Source of the DNA: Octopus bimaculoides
Taxonomy: Eukaryota
Assembly (NCBI RefSeq): GCF_001194135.2
Contig: NC_068990.1
Span: 83,424,671-83,488,670 of the forward strand
Length of the DNA stretch: 64,000 bases
Reading direction: 5' to 3'
Both the position numbers and the translations under genes were made by a program. Under the pieces are notes generated by a model. It was not told the origin of the DNA and made no database searches. It saw nothing but the letters and a program-made list of their open reading frames with translations. Shown here in pieces: positions 1 through 14,026 of this stretch; the stretch's first letter is position 1; every line of letters starts with the position of its first letter.

Positions 1-12
1 ATATGTATATGT

Positions 13-48
<36 letters not shown>

Positions 49-1674
49 GAATATATATATATTATGTGTGTGTCTGTAAATGTGTCAGTTGTGTGTGTGT
101 GTGTGTATATATAAATATATATATATATATCCATAGATATACACGTACATTAGATATGTATATACACATGTATATTACATATATATATATATATACACAT
201 GTATATTACATATATATCTCTGCGTGTGTGTGTATACATACATGTACAAATATGTGTGTGTGCTCATGTGTGTAAGGGATACTTGAATTTTTTTTTTTTT
301 TTTTCCCTACCCCTTTAGGATATTAGCTCAGTTCAGGTGGCACTGCTAGGGAGCGGGGGTGGCGGAAAAGATTTAATTGGCTTTAATCAATCATATATAA
401 GAGTGTTGACAACCTTCACAAAGTGAGTTCAATCTTCATTTATGGAAAAGGCATTAAAGACGGTGGGGTTGAGAGAAGGTCAGATGAAGGCTCTCTGTCT
501 ATCTGCCAACGAGTCTAATTGAATGGGTTTATCGAAGATATGGTGCAAGAGATAATAAGGTAGTAAAATAGATTCACGACGAGCATGACTGGTTATCAAT
601 CAGTTGCTACGGTAACCTCTACTTCTCATCAATTATGCATGAATACGCTGGTTGCTGCAGCTCTCTTTTACTTGACAATGATTTCTTTAGCATGCTGTTA
701 AGACGACTGGCATAAAGCGATGAACCGTTAAGACACTGTAAATACCAACATATACGATGGCAGCAGCAGTAGCAGCAGCAGCAGCCAGCAGTAGAAGAAG
801 AAGCAGTAGTAACAGAGACTGCGAGAGATGCATACTTAATTTACATAAAACATTTTTTTCCTTTCTGTCTTTCTTTCTTTCTTTCGTTCTTATTCTCTCA
901 GAATTGAGATTAGACTTGAATCAAGGAATCTTATCAATAACACAGCAGAAAATGATTGCTTTGCCAAGAAATGCACTCTGCCAATCTATGCAGAAAATTC
1001 CAGACCGATATTCTGAAACCTTTTAAAAGGAACATCAGAATGCCACATGTTTGGTAATCTTACTATAAAATGGCGTTAGCAGACATTAAAACTCCTCCTA
1101 CTTTTACTACTACACCACCACCGCTACGACCATCGCCATCACACCAACCACCACTACGACCACCGCCAGTGCTAATGCTGAGCGGTTGCTTCTATATCAA
1201 ATAAATAACGACAACCACCACCACCAACACCGCTGCCGTCATCGTCATCATGCTTGTGTATCAAGCGATGATGATGATGATGATGGGGATGATGATGAAT
1301 GAATGTGATGGCTGGGTATCAAGTAAAAAGAAACATGATGATGATGATGACGACTGTGTTATGAAACATAAGAGGGGACAGTTATGTAAAACATCTGTTA
1401 TAGCTGCCTAAAATGCTACAGCTGCCCTGCTTCTCCAGCTAATCTTCCAATAAATCTTTCCTCAGCCGTTATTATTGTTGTTGTTGTTGTTCTCTTACTG
1501 AGACCATGTCTGCAGTTCCATGATTAGGGGTACATTTTTCCCCTCTTTCTTCTCCTCTAAAATTATCCACAACTTCTTGGTCTGGTTCTGTCTTCAGAAA
1601 ACTCATACCTCTGCCTCACTCTTGTTTCATCATTCATATTGCCTGGGAACTAATAACCNNNNNNNNNNNNNNNN

Positions 1675-1746
<72 letters not shown>

Positions 1747-2391
1747 ATATATACATGCTTGTGTGTGCAAGTATGTGTGCATGGATGTGTGTGTGTGTTC
1801 ATGTGCATGTATCTGCATGCATGTGTGCATACATGTGTGTTTCCATGTGTGCATACATGTGCATGTCTATGTGTGCACATGTGTGTGCATGTGGGCACAT
1901 GCGCATGTGTGTGTGAGTGTGTTTTTGTTTGTTTTAAGCCACTATAACCAGCCTAGCAGACATTTCCATGCCACTAGGTACCATACTTTTAACTGCTGCA
2001 TCAGACAAATAGAGAGATGAAAAGAACGCAAAGCTGAATTATTTCTACCCTCGTTAACTCAACACAACTGATTTGGGACCATAATTAAAATCCATACTCA
2101 GTTAAAAACACAAAACAGATTTAAATGGAAAGATTTTCAGGTTCAGTCCAACTGCACAGCACCTTGGGCAAACATCGTCAACAATAAACCCCAGGGAGTA
2201 ACTTTGGTAGAAGGAAACTGTGAGGAAGCCTGTTGTCATCATAATCATTGTTTTAATATTTATTTTTCCATGCTTGCATGGGTTGGACAGAATTTACTGC
2301 AGCAGATTTTCTACAGCTGCATGCTCTTCCTGTCACAAACCCTCACTTGTTTCTCAGTAAGGTAATACTTTCCCATGGTCAGCTATGCTTT

Positions 2392-2433
<42 letters not shown>

Positions 2434-3169
2434 NNNNNNNNNNNNNNNNNNNNNNNNNNNNNNNNNNNNNNNNNNNNNNNNNNNNNNNNNNNNNNNNNNN
2501 NNNNNNNNNNNNNNNNNNNNNNNNNNNNNNNNNNNNNNNNNNNNNNNNNNNNNNNNNNNNNNNNNNNNNNNNNNNNNNNNNNNNNNNNNNNNNNNNNNNN
2601 NNNNNNNNNNNNNNNNNNNNNNNNNNNNNNNNNNNNNNNNNNNNNNNNNNNNNNNNNNNNNNNNNNNNNNNNNNNNNNNNNNNNNNNNNNNNNNNNNNNN
2701 NNNNNNNNNNNNNNNNNNNNNNNNNNNNNNNNNNNNNNNNNNNNNNNNNNNNNNNNNNNNNNNNNNNNNNNNNNNNNNNNNNNNNNNNNNNNNNNNNNNN
2801 NNNNNNNNNNNNNNNNNNNNNNNNNNNNNNNNNNNNNNNNNNNNNNNNNNNNNNNNNNNNNNNNNNNNNNNNNNNNNNNNNNNNNNNNNNNNNNNNNNNN
2901 NNNNNNNNNNNNNNNNNNNNNNNNNNNNNNNNNNNNNNNNNNNNNNNNNNNNNNNNNNNNNNNNNNNNNNNNNNNNNNNNNNNNNNNNNNNNNNNNNNNN
3001 NNNNNNNNNNNNNNNNNNNNNNNNNNNNNNNNNNNNNNNNNNNNNNTATATATATATATATATATATATGTAAGAAAAAATGGGATGTGCATATGTTAAT
3101 GCAATTGAAACAATTGTTGGATTTTTAAGGTGAGATCTAAAATAAAGATATGATTCTATTTGTACACAT

Positions 3170-3335
3170 ATGACGGGCTTCTTTCAGTTTCCGTCTACCA
3201 AATCCATACACAAGGCTTTGTTTAGCCCGATGCTATAGTTGAAGGCATTTGCCCAAGGTGTCATACAATGGGACTGAACCCAGAACCATCTAGTTGGGAA
3301 GCAAGCTTCTGACCACACAGCCACTCCTGCACCTA
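3170..3335 (-). mobile_element. SINE family C 5' module
   Basis: GACGGGCTTCTTTCAGTTTCCGTCTACC..CACACAGCCACTCCTGC. Confidence 0.8.
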
Positions 3336-4246
3336 TATTAATCATTTTTGTACAGTTTCAAGACCTTCAGTTTGGGTATTTCCCAATTATTTTTCAGGCA
3401 TTTAATGGGAAAATGATGTCAAGGTCATGATCTGCAAGTAGGCATGTATCTCATCTTTCGTATTTTTGGTTCATTTATATAGAATTTCGGTGACTAATTT
3501 TGGGAAAACATTTCATCAATGAATTTCCTCATTGTTTGAAAATGGTTACTGTGATATGTGATTTAACATGGTCATTGTTAAAGTCATTAGCATGGCTAAT
3601 TGTAAAATGTTTTTGTTTTTTTAGTTTATGCTAATTATAACTATATGCCAATTTTATTTTTATTTTTCAGTTATTTCCAGTTATTTCCATGTTTAGTTAC
3701 TTGAAGAATCAGTTTTATTTGTTTCATATGCAGTTTGTGGCTGTCTTCTTCTATTTTTATTTATTTATTATTTTTTTTTTCTTTCTTTTTTTTTTTCCCC
3801 CCATTTTTCATCAGCTAGACAAGCTGGAATGAATTGATAGGAATGTAGTTCTTGAAATGTGTTCTGATATTATTTTATTAAAAGCAGCAGCGGTGGTGGC
3901 TGGTGGTGGGATCTCGGTCGTTTGATGAAAATCCATTTGTTTGATCGAGTGAATTACTTGCTCTTGAATTAACAAGCATTCCACGCACATGTNNNNNNNN
4001 NNNNNNNNNNNNNNNNNNNNNNNNNNNNNNNNNNNNNNNNNNNNNNNNNNNNNNNNNNNNNNNNNNNNNNNNNNNNNNNNNNNNNNNNNNNNNNNNNNNN
4101 NNNNNNNNNNNNNNNNNNNNNNNNNNNNNNNNNNNNNNNNNNNNNNNNNNNNNNNNNNNNNNNNNNNNNNNNNNNNNNNNNNNNNNNNNNNNNNNNNNNN
4201 NNNNNNNNNNNNNNNNNNNNNNNNNNNNNNNNNNNNNNNNNNNNNN

Positions 4247-4440
4247 ATTTAATGTCTGTTTTCCATGCTGACATGGGTTGGACGGTTTGACCAGGGCTGG
4301 TAAGCTGGGGGAGGAGGGGAGGGCCTGCACCAAACTCCAGTCTGATTTGGCAAAGCTTCTACACCTCGATGCCCTTTCTAACGCCAACCACTCCAAGAAT
4401 GTAACGGGTTCTTTCACGGGCCACCAGTATCTGCCACGGC
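4247..4440 (-). mobile_element. (GAT)n-tailed retroposon family D, 3' part
   Basis: TTTCCATGCT..ATGGGTTGGACG..GATGCCCTT..AACGCCAACCACTCC, shared with more than 10 copies. Confidence 0.8.
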
Positions 4441-4752
4441 TACGATTACCCTTGACTTGATGGGTCTTCTTCTCAAGCACAGCATATTGCTGAAGGTCTT
4501 GGTCATTTGTCATTGCCTCTGTGAGGCCCAATGCTCAAAAGGTGCAAGCAAATATCAACATAATAGTGTGACAAGGCTGTGTCTCTTGAATTACAGGTAC
4601 AATTCACCTGGAAGGTTTCTCTACAGTTTCCATCTACCCGATTTCACTCATTCAGTGCAAGTTGATTCAAGGCTAGAGAAAATGACATTTACCCAAGACA
4701 CCGCAATGGGGTTGAATCTAGTATGTATAAATGTATGTATGTGTGTATGTAC

Positions 4753-4793
<41 letters not shown>

Positions 4794-4999
4794 TGTCCGT
4801 CCGTCCGTCCTTTCACCTCTTGACAACTGGATCAGCAATGAGCTTGGACTAAATAACAACAACAACATCATTTCTAAAACGACAGGGTGGTCATGATCAG
4901 ATTGCCTTTAATTATGTCTGTTCACTGAGGGGGTCTTAAAGGAGAGACAAGTACATCTGAATCAAAGAACAGGAAACTGAAGAAGGATGCAGGTTATCG

Positions 5000-5220
5000 T
5001 GTGCGTGTGTGTCTCCCTGCTTCTGCCTCTTGACAACTGGGGCTGGTTTGTTTACATCCCCATAACTAAGCAGTTTGGTTAAAAAAAAAAAGACCGACAA
5101 TTATGTACCAAACTTAGATAAGGAAAAGAAATGAAGTACCGGGGTTGATTTGTTTGACTAAATCCTTCAAAGGATGCCTGCCCCAGTATGGCCACACTCC
5201 AGTGACTGAAACAAATATAC
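5000..5220 (+). mobile_element. SINE family C 3' module, diverged
   Basis: CTTGACAACTGG..TTTACATCCCCATAACT..TGACTGAAACAA. Confidence 0.7.
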
Positions 5221-6044
5221 GACTAATGATTAAGAATATGTGTCGGCTTGGCAAATAAGGGTAGAGGGGAGGGTCTGAAAGAGACTCAATTACACTGAAA
5301 TATAAAGAATTATGTTAATTCCATCACTAAAAGACTAGAAAACAACCATGCCTGTAGGGAGACATTTGACTTGCTAGAAATAACAGCCACATTGCTAAAT
5401 CAAATCCTGACATCTTAGAAAAGGGCAGGACACATTGAATGTTGCCTTAGATATACTGTGACTAGTTAATGCTGAATTCCCTTGAATACAGGTCCCCTGG
5501 ATCAGCAATGAGCTTGAAGTAAATAACAACAGCAATCAGAACATTTCTAAAATGATAGGGTGGTCGTGATTGGATTGCCTTTAATTATATGTCTATTCAG
5601 TTGGGGAGAATTAAAAGAGGAGAGACGAGTACATTGAAATCAAAGAACAGGGAACCGAAGGAGGATACGGGTTACCAATTTTGATAAATTTCAGCTTCTC
5701 TATTTTAATGGAGAGAATAAGGCATGAAAAGTATGTGGAACTTGCTTTGTAACACAGAAGATCGGTAATTAATCTGTTGTTGTCAAGATTACGGCAATGA
5801 CTATGAAGACACAAAAGTGTGTTTCTGGGTGAATTACAAGTCTTTATTCTAATAGTTTCTTTGTATTTTTTCTTTTGTTTTGTGTGCTTTTTTTTTCCTG
5901 GAAAGACAGAGAATTAAATACCAGATTGGTGACATTAAAATGTACTTTCTACTGCGTCCTGTGTCCTTAAATACTGAAAGTGGGTGTTTGTGATTTGAGA
6001 ATTTGTTATTTTACAATCATTATTCACTCCAGACAAAATGCGGC

Positions 6045-6215
6045 TAAGCATTTTTTTTTCTGTCTTTACATTCCGAGTTCAAATTCCACGGAGGTCGACT
6101 TTTCCTTTTATCCATTTGGAGTCGATAAAATAAATACCAGTTGAACACTGGGATTGATGTAACTGACAAGTCCCCACCGCCGAAATTGCTGGCCTTGTGC
6201 CAAAACTTGAAATAG
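6045..6215 (+). mobile_element. SINE family E variant, diverged
   Basis: CGAGTTCAAATTCCACGGAGGTCGACTTT..GTCGATAAAATAAATACCAG. Confidence 0.7.
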
Positions 6216-7522
6216 ATTTTTTTTTCTTTTCCTCTTTTTAAAAAAAATAAATTTTGTTTTCAAAGAGCAGAGCAAGGGCCATGTTGTTAGCAAGCTCTTT
6301 AATGCCATTAAGATTCCAATTGAATTTTTTATAGATTGGAAACACCTAAGAATTGTTGATGACAGGATACCTTTCCTGTCATCACTGTCCAACCCATACA
6401 AGCACAAAAATGTGGATGATAAAACAATGATGATAAATGTAAAGAAAAAGTAGGTGTTTGTTGATTGTTGAAGTTCCAGATGGCTACAGCACAGGATATA
6501 AGGTTTCTAGTAAAGAATTTGATGCAGGGAGGTTTGGGGCCACAGAGGCACAGAAAATGGATGATGAAAAGAAGTAGCAGAGGTGGAGGTGAGTGAGTGA
6601 CATGGATGGTTCTCAACTTGGTGAGTGAGAAGAGTAGGAATCTTAGGTTGGCAGAATCATTAGAGCAGTGGATGAAAGTACTTTGCAGTATCTATTCCAG
6701 CTCGTTTCATTCTAAGTTCAAATTCCACCAGTGTCAACTTTGTTATTAATCTTTTCAAGATGGATAAAAATAAAATACCAATCAGATAACGCAATCGATG
6801 TTTTGCAAATAACTTGCATGTGCAAGTGCTACCACTCGAAAGCTCCACATACCGGAAACCAGCAAGTGTCTGGGGTCATTAGGAGAGAATGTGTGCCATT
6901 TCAGGGCCTACCTCCCAACGGCACCAATGCGCACCGGCCTCCACTCACTGATATGAAGCCTCGCTTGCTAAATCAACTGGTTATCAAATAAAGCTCAACA
7001 TTCTTCTAGACATCACTCAAAAAAAATTTCAAAATTTCTCACAATTTCTGACCTCCTGCCTGTGTTGGAAACAATCGTGATTGTAATGCCACACACAGAC
7101 AGGGGGAGGGCAAGCCAATAAGTTGGGTGATAATCTCATTGAAATGAGGTTTAGATGGGTGTGTGTATATCTGAATATATGTGTACAAAAGCTGCTCTGT
7201 CAACAATAACTAAGCAATATGTTATGTGTGAGGTACGCAGATGTCTTGTATAGGGTCAGCAGATTTTCAGAGCTAAAGCTTCTACACTATCAGGGGAGGC
7301 CTAATTGATCATGATGTAGATTTGCTTGGACAAGAGAGAGAGCAGTAATTTGAAGGTTTTACTCATTTGGTTTTCCTGATCAGCAAAGGCTAGTGGTGTA
7401 TGTTTTTTAACATGGTAACAGTGCTGTTGTTGAGATGACCAAGTTATCAGAGCTTCATCCAGCAGAGAGTGTGCATGTATGTATGTGTGTGTGTGTGTGT
7501 GTGTGTGTATGAGAGAGAGAGT

Positions 7523-7909
7523 GGAGGCGCAATGGCCCAGTGGTTAGGGCAGCGGACTCGCGGTCATAGGATAGCGGTTTCGATTCCCAGACCAGGCGTT
7601 GTGAGTGTTTATTGGGCGAAAACACCTAAAGCTCCACGAGGCTCCGGCAGGGGATGGTGGCGAATCCTGCTGTACTCTTTCACCACAACTTTCTCTCACT
7701 CTTACTTCCTGTTTCTGTTGTGCCTGTAATTCAAAGGGTCAGCCTTGTCACTCTGTGTCACGCTGAATATCTCCGAGAACTACGTTAAGGGTACACGTGT
7801 CTGTGGAGTGCTCAGCCACTTGCACGTTAATTTCACGAGCAAGCTGTTCCGTAGATCAGGTCAACTGGAACCCTCGTCGTCGTAACCGACGGAGTGCCAA
7901 CAACAACAA
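7523..7909 (+). mobile_element. tRNA-derived SINE family A, full length
   Basis: A box TGGCCCAGTGGTTAGG, B box GTTTCGATTCC and (CAA)n tail. Probable TSD ATGAGAGAGA at 7509 and 7909. Highly similar to the copy at 10272. Confidence 0.9.
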
Positions 7910-8672
7910 TGAGAGAGATAGAGAGAGAAAGACACGGGCATGTAAATTGCATGTAAACAACATCTAGGCCTGAAAGGTGGTTTTTGGAAAATCAAATATG
8001 GTTATCATTAACGTGCTGATAGCCATACCTGGCTTGGCTTCGAGATAACATCCAGTGACATTGATTAAATTGCTGACGTAGTAATGTTGGAAACACAAGG
8101 AAGCTCTGAGGTATGTTACAATTAACCCATTAATGCATAGCATCCAGAGAAAAGGATACAGGAAAAATTACTATTGCTTGTTAAATAAACTACCTATTAA
8201 GATTATTTTTGGAACAGTCTGCCTCTAAACTAGAGCTCTATGAGTGAGCAAGCGCTGCGTACAAACAAACCAGTTATACACACATACAAAACAACTAATA
8301 GTAATTATTCCTGCATCCATTTTTCTGGACTCTTATGCATTAATGGGTTAATATGTGTAGGAGTGGGTTCCACTGACACAGTAAAATCAAACAGCCTATG
8401 AACAACTTTGTGAGAAAGTCCTCAATTGAGGGCATTTGTTAACTGTGGAAGGTAATGAAATTGCTTTCAAAATAGAATTACAATGTGCTTAGTTACACAG
8501 AATGTATTAAAACAATATTGCAGACATTTTTTTGGTACATTATCTGGCTGTCTGTAACAACTTGATGACAGTTTTCTGTTCTATATTTCATTCATTTTTT
8601 TTTTTTCTCTGGTTTGTAAACTTCATTAAGATTACTATTGTTTTTTGTGTCTCTTTTTTAACCGAAAGCTCA

Positions 8673-8713
<41 letters not shown>

Positions 8714-9386
8714 NNNNNNNNNNNNNNNNNNNNNNNNNNNNNNNNNNNNNNNNNNNNNNNNNNNNNNNNNNNNNNNNNNNNNNNNNNNNNNNNNNNNNNN
8801 NNNNNNNNNNNNNNNNNNNNNNNNNNNNNNNNNNNNNNNNNNNNNNNNNNNNNNNNNNNNNNNNNNNNNNNNNNNNNNNNNNNNNNNNNNNNNNNNNNNN
8901 NNNNNNNNNNNNNNNNNNNNNNNNNNNNNNNNNNNNNNNNNNNNNNNNNNNNNNNNNNNNNNNNNNNNNNNNNNNNNNNNNNNNNNNNNNNNNNNNNNNN
9001 NNNNNNNNNNNNNNNNNNNNNNNNNNNNNNNNNNNNNNNNNNNNNNNNNNNNNNNNNNNNNNNNNNNNNNNNNNNNNNNNNNNNNNNNNNNNNNNNNNNN
9101 NNNNNNNNNNNNNNNNNNNNNNNNNNNNNNNNNNNNNNNNNNNNNNNNNNNNNNNNNNNNNNNNNNNNNNNNNNNNNNNNNNNNNNNNNNNNNNNNNNNN
9201 NNNNNNNNNNNNNNNNNNNNNNNNNNNNNNNNNNNNNNNNNNNNNNNNNNNNNNNNNNNNNNNNNNNNNNNNNNNNNNNNNNNNNNNNNNNNNNNNNNNN
9301 NNNNNNNNNNNNNNNNNNNNNNNNNNNNNNNNNNNNNNNNNNNNNNNNNNNNNNNNNNNNNNNNNNNNNNNNNNNNNNNNNNNNNN

Positions 9387-9431
<45 letters not shown>

Positions 9432-10151
9432 ATATTTATCAGATGAACTACAATGAAAACAATATTTGAAACGTATGGTATATAATTTTTTTTGTGCAGG
9501 GTTTCCTTGAGACATGTCATTCATTTTAAGGGTTACACAAAGGTAAAAAGATTGAGAAACACTGGGTTCAGGTGTTGCACTCACATAATCACAAGATTGT
9601 GGTTTCATTTCCCCAACCAGGTAGTGAGTTGTGTTCTTGAGCAAAACACTTCATTTTACATTGCGCCAGTTTACTCAGCTGTAAATGCATTATCCTGGGA
9701 TCATCCCAGGACTCAAGACAGTACTTATTACTTAGTGTTTTGAGTTCAATTTCCACTGAGGTCAATTTTGCCATTCATCCCCCCAGAGGTCATTAAATTA
9801 GATATTTGTCAAATACCGAAGCCAATGAACTAACTATGACCTTACTTCCCCAAAATATAAGCCCCAAGCCCCATCCACCCCACGTGCCTATATTAGAGAT
9901 CCACATTAAAAATAAGAGAGCCCCTTATTGTTGATCATCTGTCAAATACAAATGGTACAGTTTAGACATATAAGTAGCATCAGATACTTCTAGATGTACA
10001 ACATTTCTTTGCATGGTTATCTTTGACCCCATTCTATGATCTTACTACCACTAGTCAGCCATGAAGTAGAACTTCATGAAGTAGAACATAGACATATAGC
10101 TGTGTAGTCATATGCACAGACAACTGCATGTGTTGATTGGTATACATTGTC

Positions 10152-10245
10152 GTAGTGGCACTCCGTTGGTTATGACAACAAAGGTTCTAGTTGATCTGAT
10201 AAACGGAACAGTCTGCTCATGAAATTAATGTGTAGTGGCTGGCGA
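10152..10245 (-). mobile_element. SINE family A 3' fragment, inverted
   Basis: GTGGCACTCCGTTGGTTATGAC..GTTGATCTGATAAACGGAACAG is the reverse complement of the family A 3' end. Confidence 0.75.
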
Positions 10246-10271
10246 TCTATCATATATATATATAACAATGT

Positions 10272-10654
10272 GGAGGCACAATGGCCCAGTGGTTAGGCCA
10301 GCAGATTCGTGGTTGTAGGATCACAGTTTCGATTCCCGGACCAGGTATTGTGAATGTTTATTGAGCGAAAGCACCTAAAGCTCCACGAGGCTCCGGCAGG
10401 GGATGGTGGCGAACCCTGCTGTACTCTTTCACCACAACTTTCTCTCACTCTTACTTCCTGTTTCTGTTGTGCCTGTAATTCAAAGGGTCAGCCTTGTCAC
10501 ACTGTGTCACGCTGAATATCCCCCGAGAACTACATTAAGTGTACACGTGTCTGTGGAGTGCTCAGCCACTTGCACATTAATTTCATGAGCAAGCTGTTCC
10601 GTTTATCAGATCAACTGGAACCCTCGTCGTCATAACCGACGGAGTGCCACAACG
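10272..10654 (+). mobile_element. tRNA-derived SINE family A, full length
   Basis: Collinear with 7523-7909. TSD ACAATGTG at 10265-10272 and 10655-10662. Confidence 0.9.
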
Positions 10655-11269
10655 ACAATGTGTACCAATCAGTACATGCAGTTATGTGTGCATATGACTA
10701 CACAGCTATGTGTAGATGTACATACACTCATATAGTAAGCCTTACAATCATGCGTGTGTATGTGAGAGTATGGTGTGTGTGTCTGTGTGACTGTAACATG
10801 TCTGCTTATGGTTATGAGTAAGTGGTATGTTTATATGTGATTATTGTTGTTGTTCTGTAAATTTTGGTCAGTTGAAACTGCATATGTGGTGAGTAACTAG
10901 CTGGCAGTTCAAATAACAGTAAAATACAAAGATCAAGTACTGAAGATCTACATAAGACAGTGATAAAAGACCACATCAGCAGTGACACACAGATGACGGA
11001 CTTTAGGTGATATGCCATGGATTTAGAGAGAGAGAAAAAAATCTTCCTACAACATCATGTTATAAAAAGTTTATCTCTAACCCTTTTAGCATTAAGATTA
11101 GTTTGTTAAATGTAATGCTTATTAATCCTGCATTATCTTGTAGCTTCAAGATTTCAATGATGTGATTGTTTATTTTTAGAACGACATTGTAGGGTAGGTG
11201 TGAGAGGTCAGATATGGTCAGTTAAACCTTTTAGCATTAAGATTACTCTGATAAATGTAATGCTTATTT

Positions 11270-11475
11270 ATTGTGTCTGTGTTTGTCCCCCAACATCACT
11301 TGATAACTGATGCTGGTGTGTTTACGTCCCCCGTAACTTAGCAGTTCGGCCAAAGAAACCGATAGAGTAAGTACTAGATTTACAAAGAATAAGTGCTGGG
11401 GGTCGATTAGCTCGACCAAAGGTGGCGCTCCAGTATGGCTACAGTCAAATGACTGAAACAAGTAAAAGAATAAAA
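11270..11475 (+). mobile_element. SINE family C 3' module
   Basis: GTGTCTGTGTTTGTCCCC..GCTCCAGTATGGCTACAGTCAAATGACTGAAACAAGTAAAAG. Confidence 0.8.
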
Positions 11476-11644
11476 CACCTGCAATTAGCCAGAGGAATAA
11501 CGATGATAAATTACATTGTAGTTGGTATTTAGCCCCAAGTAATTTCTAATTAAGCAGACCTATAATGGAAAACACCAGCTGTAACCTCAGCATCTTTTAA
11601 TCAAACATGCTATATCTAAGAATGCATTAATTAACTACTGCAAC

Positions 11645-11755
11645 GGACTGCAATGGCGTCCCGTCCAGCTGGGGAACACATACACCATTGAAACCGGGAA
11701 ACTGGGCCCATGAGCCTGGCTAGGCTTTAAAAGGGTGCATTTATTATTTTTATTT
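11645..11755 (+). mobile_element. SINE family B 3' fragment
   Basis: GGCGTCCCGTCCAGCTGGGGAACACATAC..GGCTAGGCTTTAAAAGGG, shared with 13915-14010. Confidence 0.8.
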
Positions 11756-11769
11756 ATGCGTGTGAGATA

Positions 11770-12045
11770 AGACAGCGAGCTGGCAGAATCGTTAACATGC
11801 CGAGCAAAATGCTTAGTGGCATTTCGTTCACCTTAAGGGAGCAAGGTAGCAGAATCATTAGCAAGCCAGGTAAAATGCTAAGTGCTATTTCATCCATCCT
11901 TAGGTTCTGAGTTCAAACGCCACCAAGATCGACTTTGCCTTTCATCCTTTCGGGGTTGAAATAGGTACCAGTAGGGCACTGGGGTCGATGTAAATGATTT
12001 AACTCGCTCCCAAACTTGCTGACCTTGTGTCAAAATTTGAAATCA
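11770..12045 (+). mobile_element. SINE family E variant with duplicated head
   Basis: GGCAGAATCGTTAAC..AAATGCTTAGTG occurs twice (about 11780 and 11845) before the central domain. Confidence 0.7.
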
Positions 12046-12969
12046 ATGTGTGTGTGCATACTCTTTTGCTTTTTTACTTGTTTCAGTCATTTGACTGCAG
12101 CCTGGCTGGAGCATGGTTTCTACAGCTGGATGCCTTTCCTAATACCAACCACTCCAGGAGTGTAACGGGTGTTCTTTACGCGCCACTGGCACGGGTGCCA
12201 TTTACACAACACCAGCAAGGTGCCATTTACATTCCACCAGCAACGGCCACAAACATGCTTTCACGAGTGCCATTTATATAACACCGGCAACGGCCACTAC
12301 AATTTCACTCGCTACTACTACTACTACAACTAGTGAGAAAAAGAAACACCAAAACCTATTGTATGTATGTCCACATATTATTGTTCTGATTCAAGACAAA
12401 TATTTTCTGAGTATTTTTGCTTGGAATGTAAGTACATACACATAACATATATATATACACACACATAAAGATGTGTACATATATAGTCACATACAGTGCA
12501 TATAGACAGATGCAGTAGAGCACATAATGATATAAACACACAGAGCCACAAATGCACATTCATACACACATATACACACACACACTTACGCATACGCACA
12601 GATGGCCAGTGGAAAAAAACGGTTTCTAATTTGCTGAAGTAAAAAAAAAAGGTAACAGTGAACCATTAGTCATATAACGACTTACTGTCTTATTATCCAA
12701 GCAGAAAACGGTCACAGCTCACCATCACCACCACCATCACTCACGCACACACATACACAACCCGACTGAGCGACCAGCCAACCAACCAGCCGACAAACCA
12801 GCCAACCAAATGATCACCTAAAATGCCTGGACATTTAAGAGGACTAAATATAAAATCTTATTGAAGATTTATTAATACATGAGCACAGTATGCAGCAACA
12901 GCCCATTTTTTCTGAAATTATATGTCAAACTTGTAGCCAGACATAGCAATAATGTAGTGTTAATATATT

Positions 12970-13390
12970 CTTTTATTCTTTTACTCATTTCAGTCATTTG
13001 ACTGCCGCCATGCTGGAGCACTGCCTTTAAGTGTTTTTCACTCGCTGCTACTACTACTAGTGAGAAAAACAAATCAACTCCAAGACTTATTTTTTTAAGC
13101 CTGGTACTTATTCTATTGGTCTCTTTTGCCAAACCGCTAAGTCAAGGGAACATAAACACACCAACACTGTCAGGAGGTGATGGGGACAAAGACAGACAAA
13201 GACAAACACACATACAGATAGATATATACATATATACGACAGGCTTCTTTCAGTTTCTATCTACCGAATCCACTTTGGTCAGCCCAAGGCTATAGAAGAA
13301 GACACTTGTCCAAGTTGCTATGCAGTGAGACTGAACCCAGAACCATCTGGTTAGGAAGCAAACTTCGTATCACACAGCCACAACGGCACC
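12970..13390 (-). mobile_element. SINE family C, diverged full length
   Basis: Reverse complement of the C consensus, both modules present. Confidence 0.85.
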
Positions 13391-13762
13391 TTGAACTATT
13401 TACTAGCTAGGTATACATTACGAACACACTGCAACACTACTTCAACACCACACACACACCTACACACACACATACTGCTAGTGAGTCATCTGTCAACTTT
13501 GGAGACTTTTTTTTTATGTTGTTTAATCATTTGCTTGGACTGGGGCACTACCTTGAAGGGTTTAGTCAATTCATCTCCAATACATTCAATAATCTGAATG
13601 CTAAATGGTTAATGTAATTCTCAGATAAAAGCACCCATACCACAGAGTCTGGCAAGAATGGTTCTTTAATCACAGGTGTCATCTATCAAACAGGTTTCCA
13701 AAGAACTTCTGTCAGCTTAATCCCACTCAAAACGGATTAGGTTGACCCATACACATAATCGT

Positions 13763-14026
13763 GGAGGCGCGTGGCTTTGCGGTTAGGGTGTCAGCATCAT
13801 GATTGTAAGTTTGCAGTTTCGATTCCTGGACTGGGCGACGCGTTGTGTCCTTGAGCAAAACACTTCATTTCATGTTGCTCCAGTCCACTCAGCTGGCAAA
13901 AATGAGCAACGCTGCGATGGACTGGCGTCCCGTCCAGCTGGGGAACACATACGCCATTGAAACCGGGAAACCGGGCCCATGAGTCTGGCTAGGCTTTAAA
14001 AGGGCGCATTCATTAATTATTTTTTT
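13763..14026 (+). mobile_element. tRNA-derived CORE-like SINE family B, full length
   Basis: Head GGAGGCGCGTGGCT..GTTTCGATTCC and CORE-like CCTTGAGCAAAACACTTCATTTC..CAGCTGGCAAAAATGAG. Perfect 12-bp TSD ATACACATAATC at 13749-13760 and 14027-14038. Confidence 0.92.

Noticed and set aside
326-345. Possible CTCF site (CAGGTGGCACTG)
   Set aside because: Only the 3' half of the motif matches.
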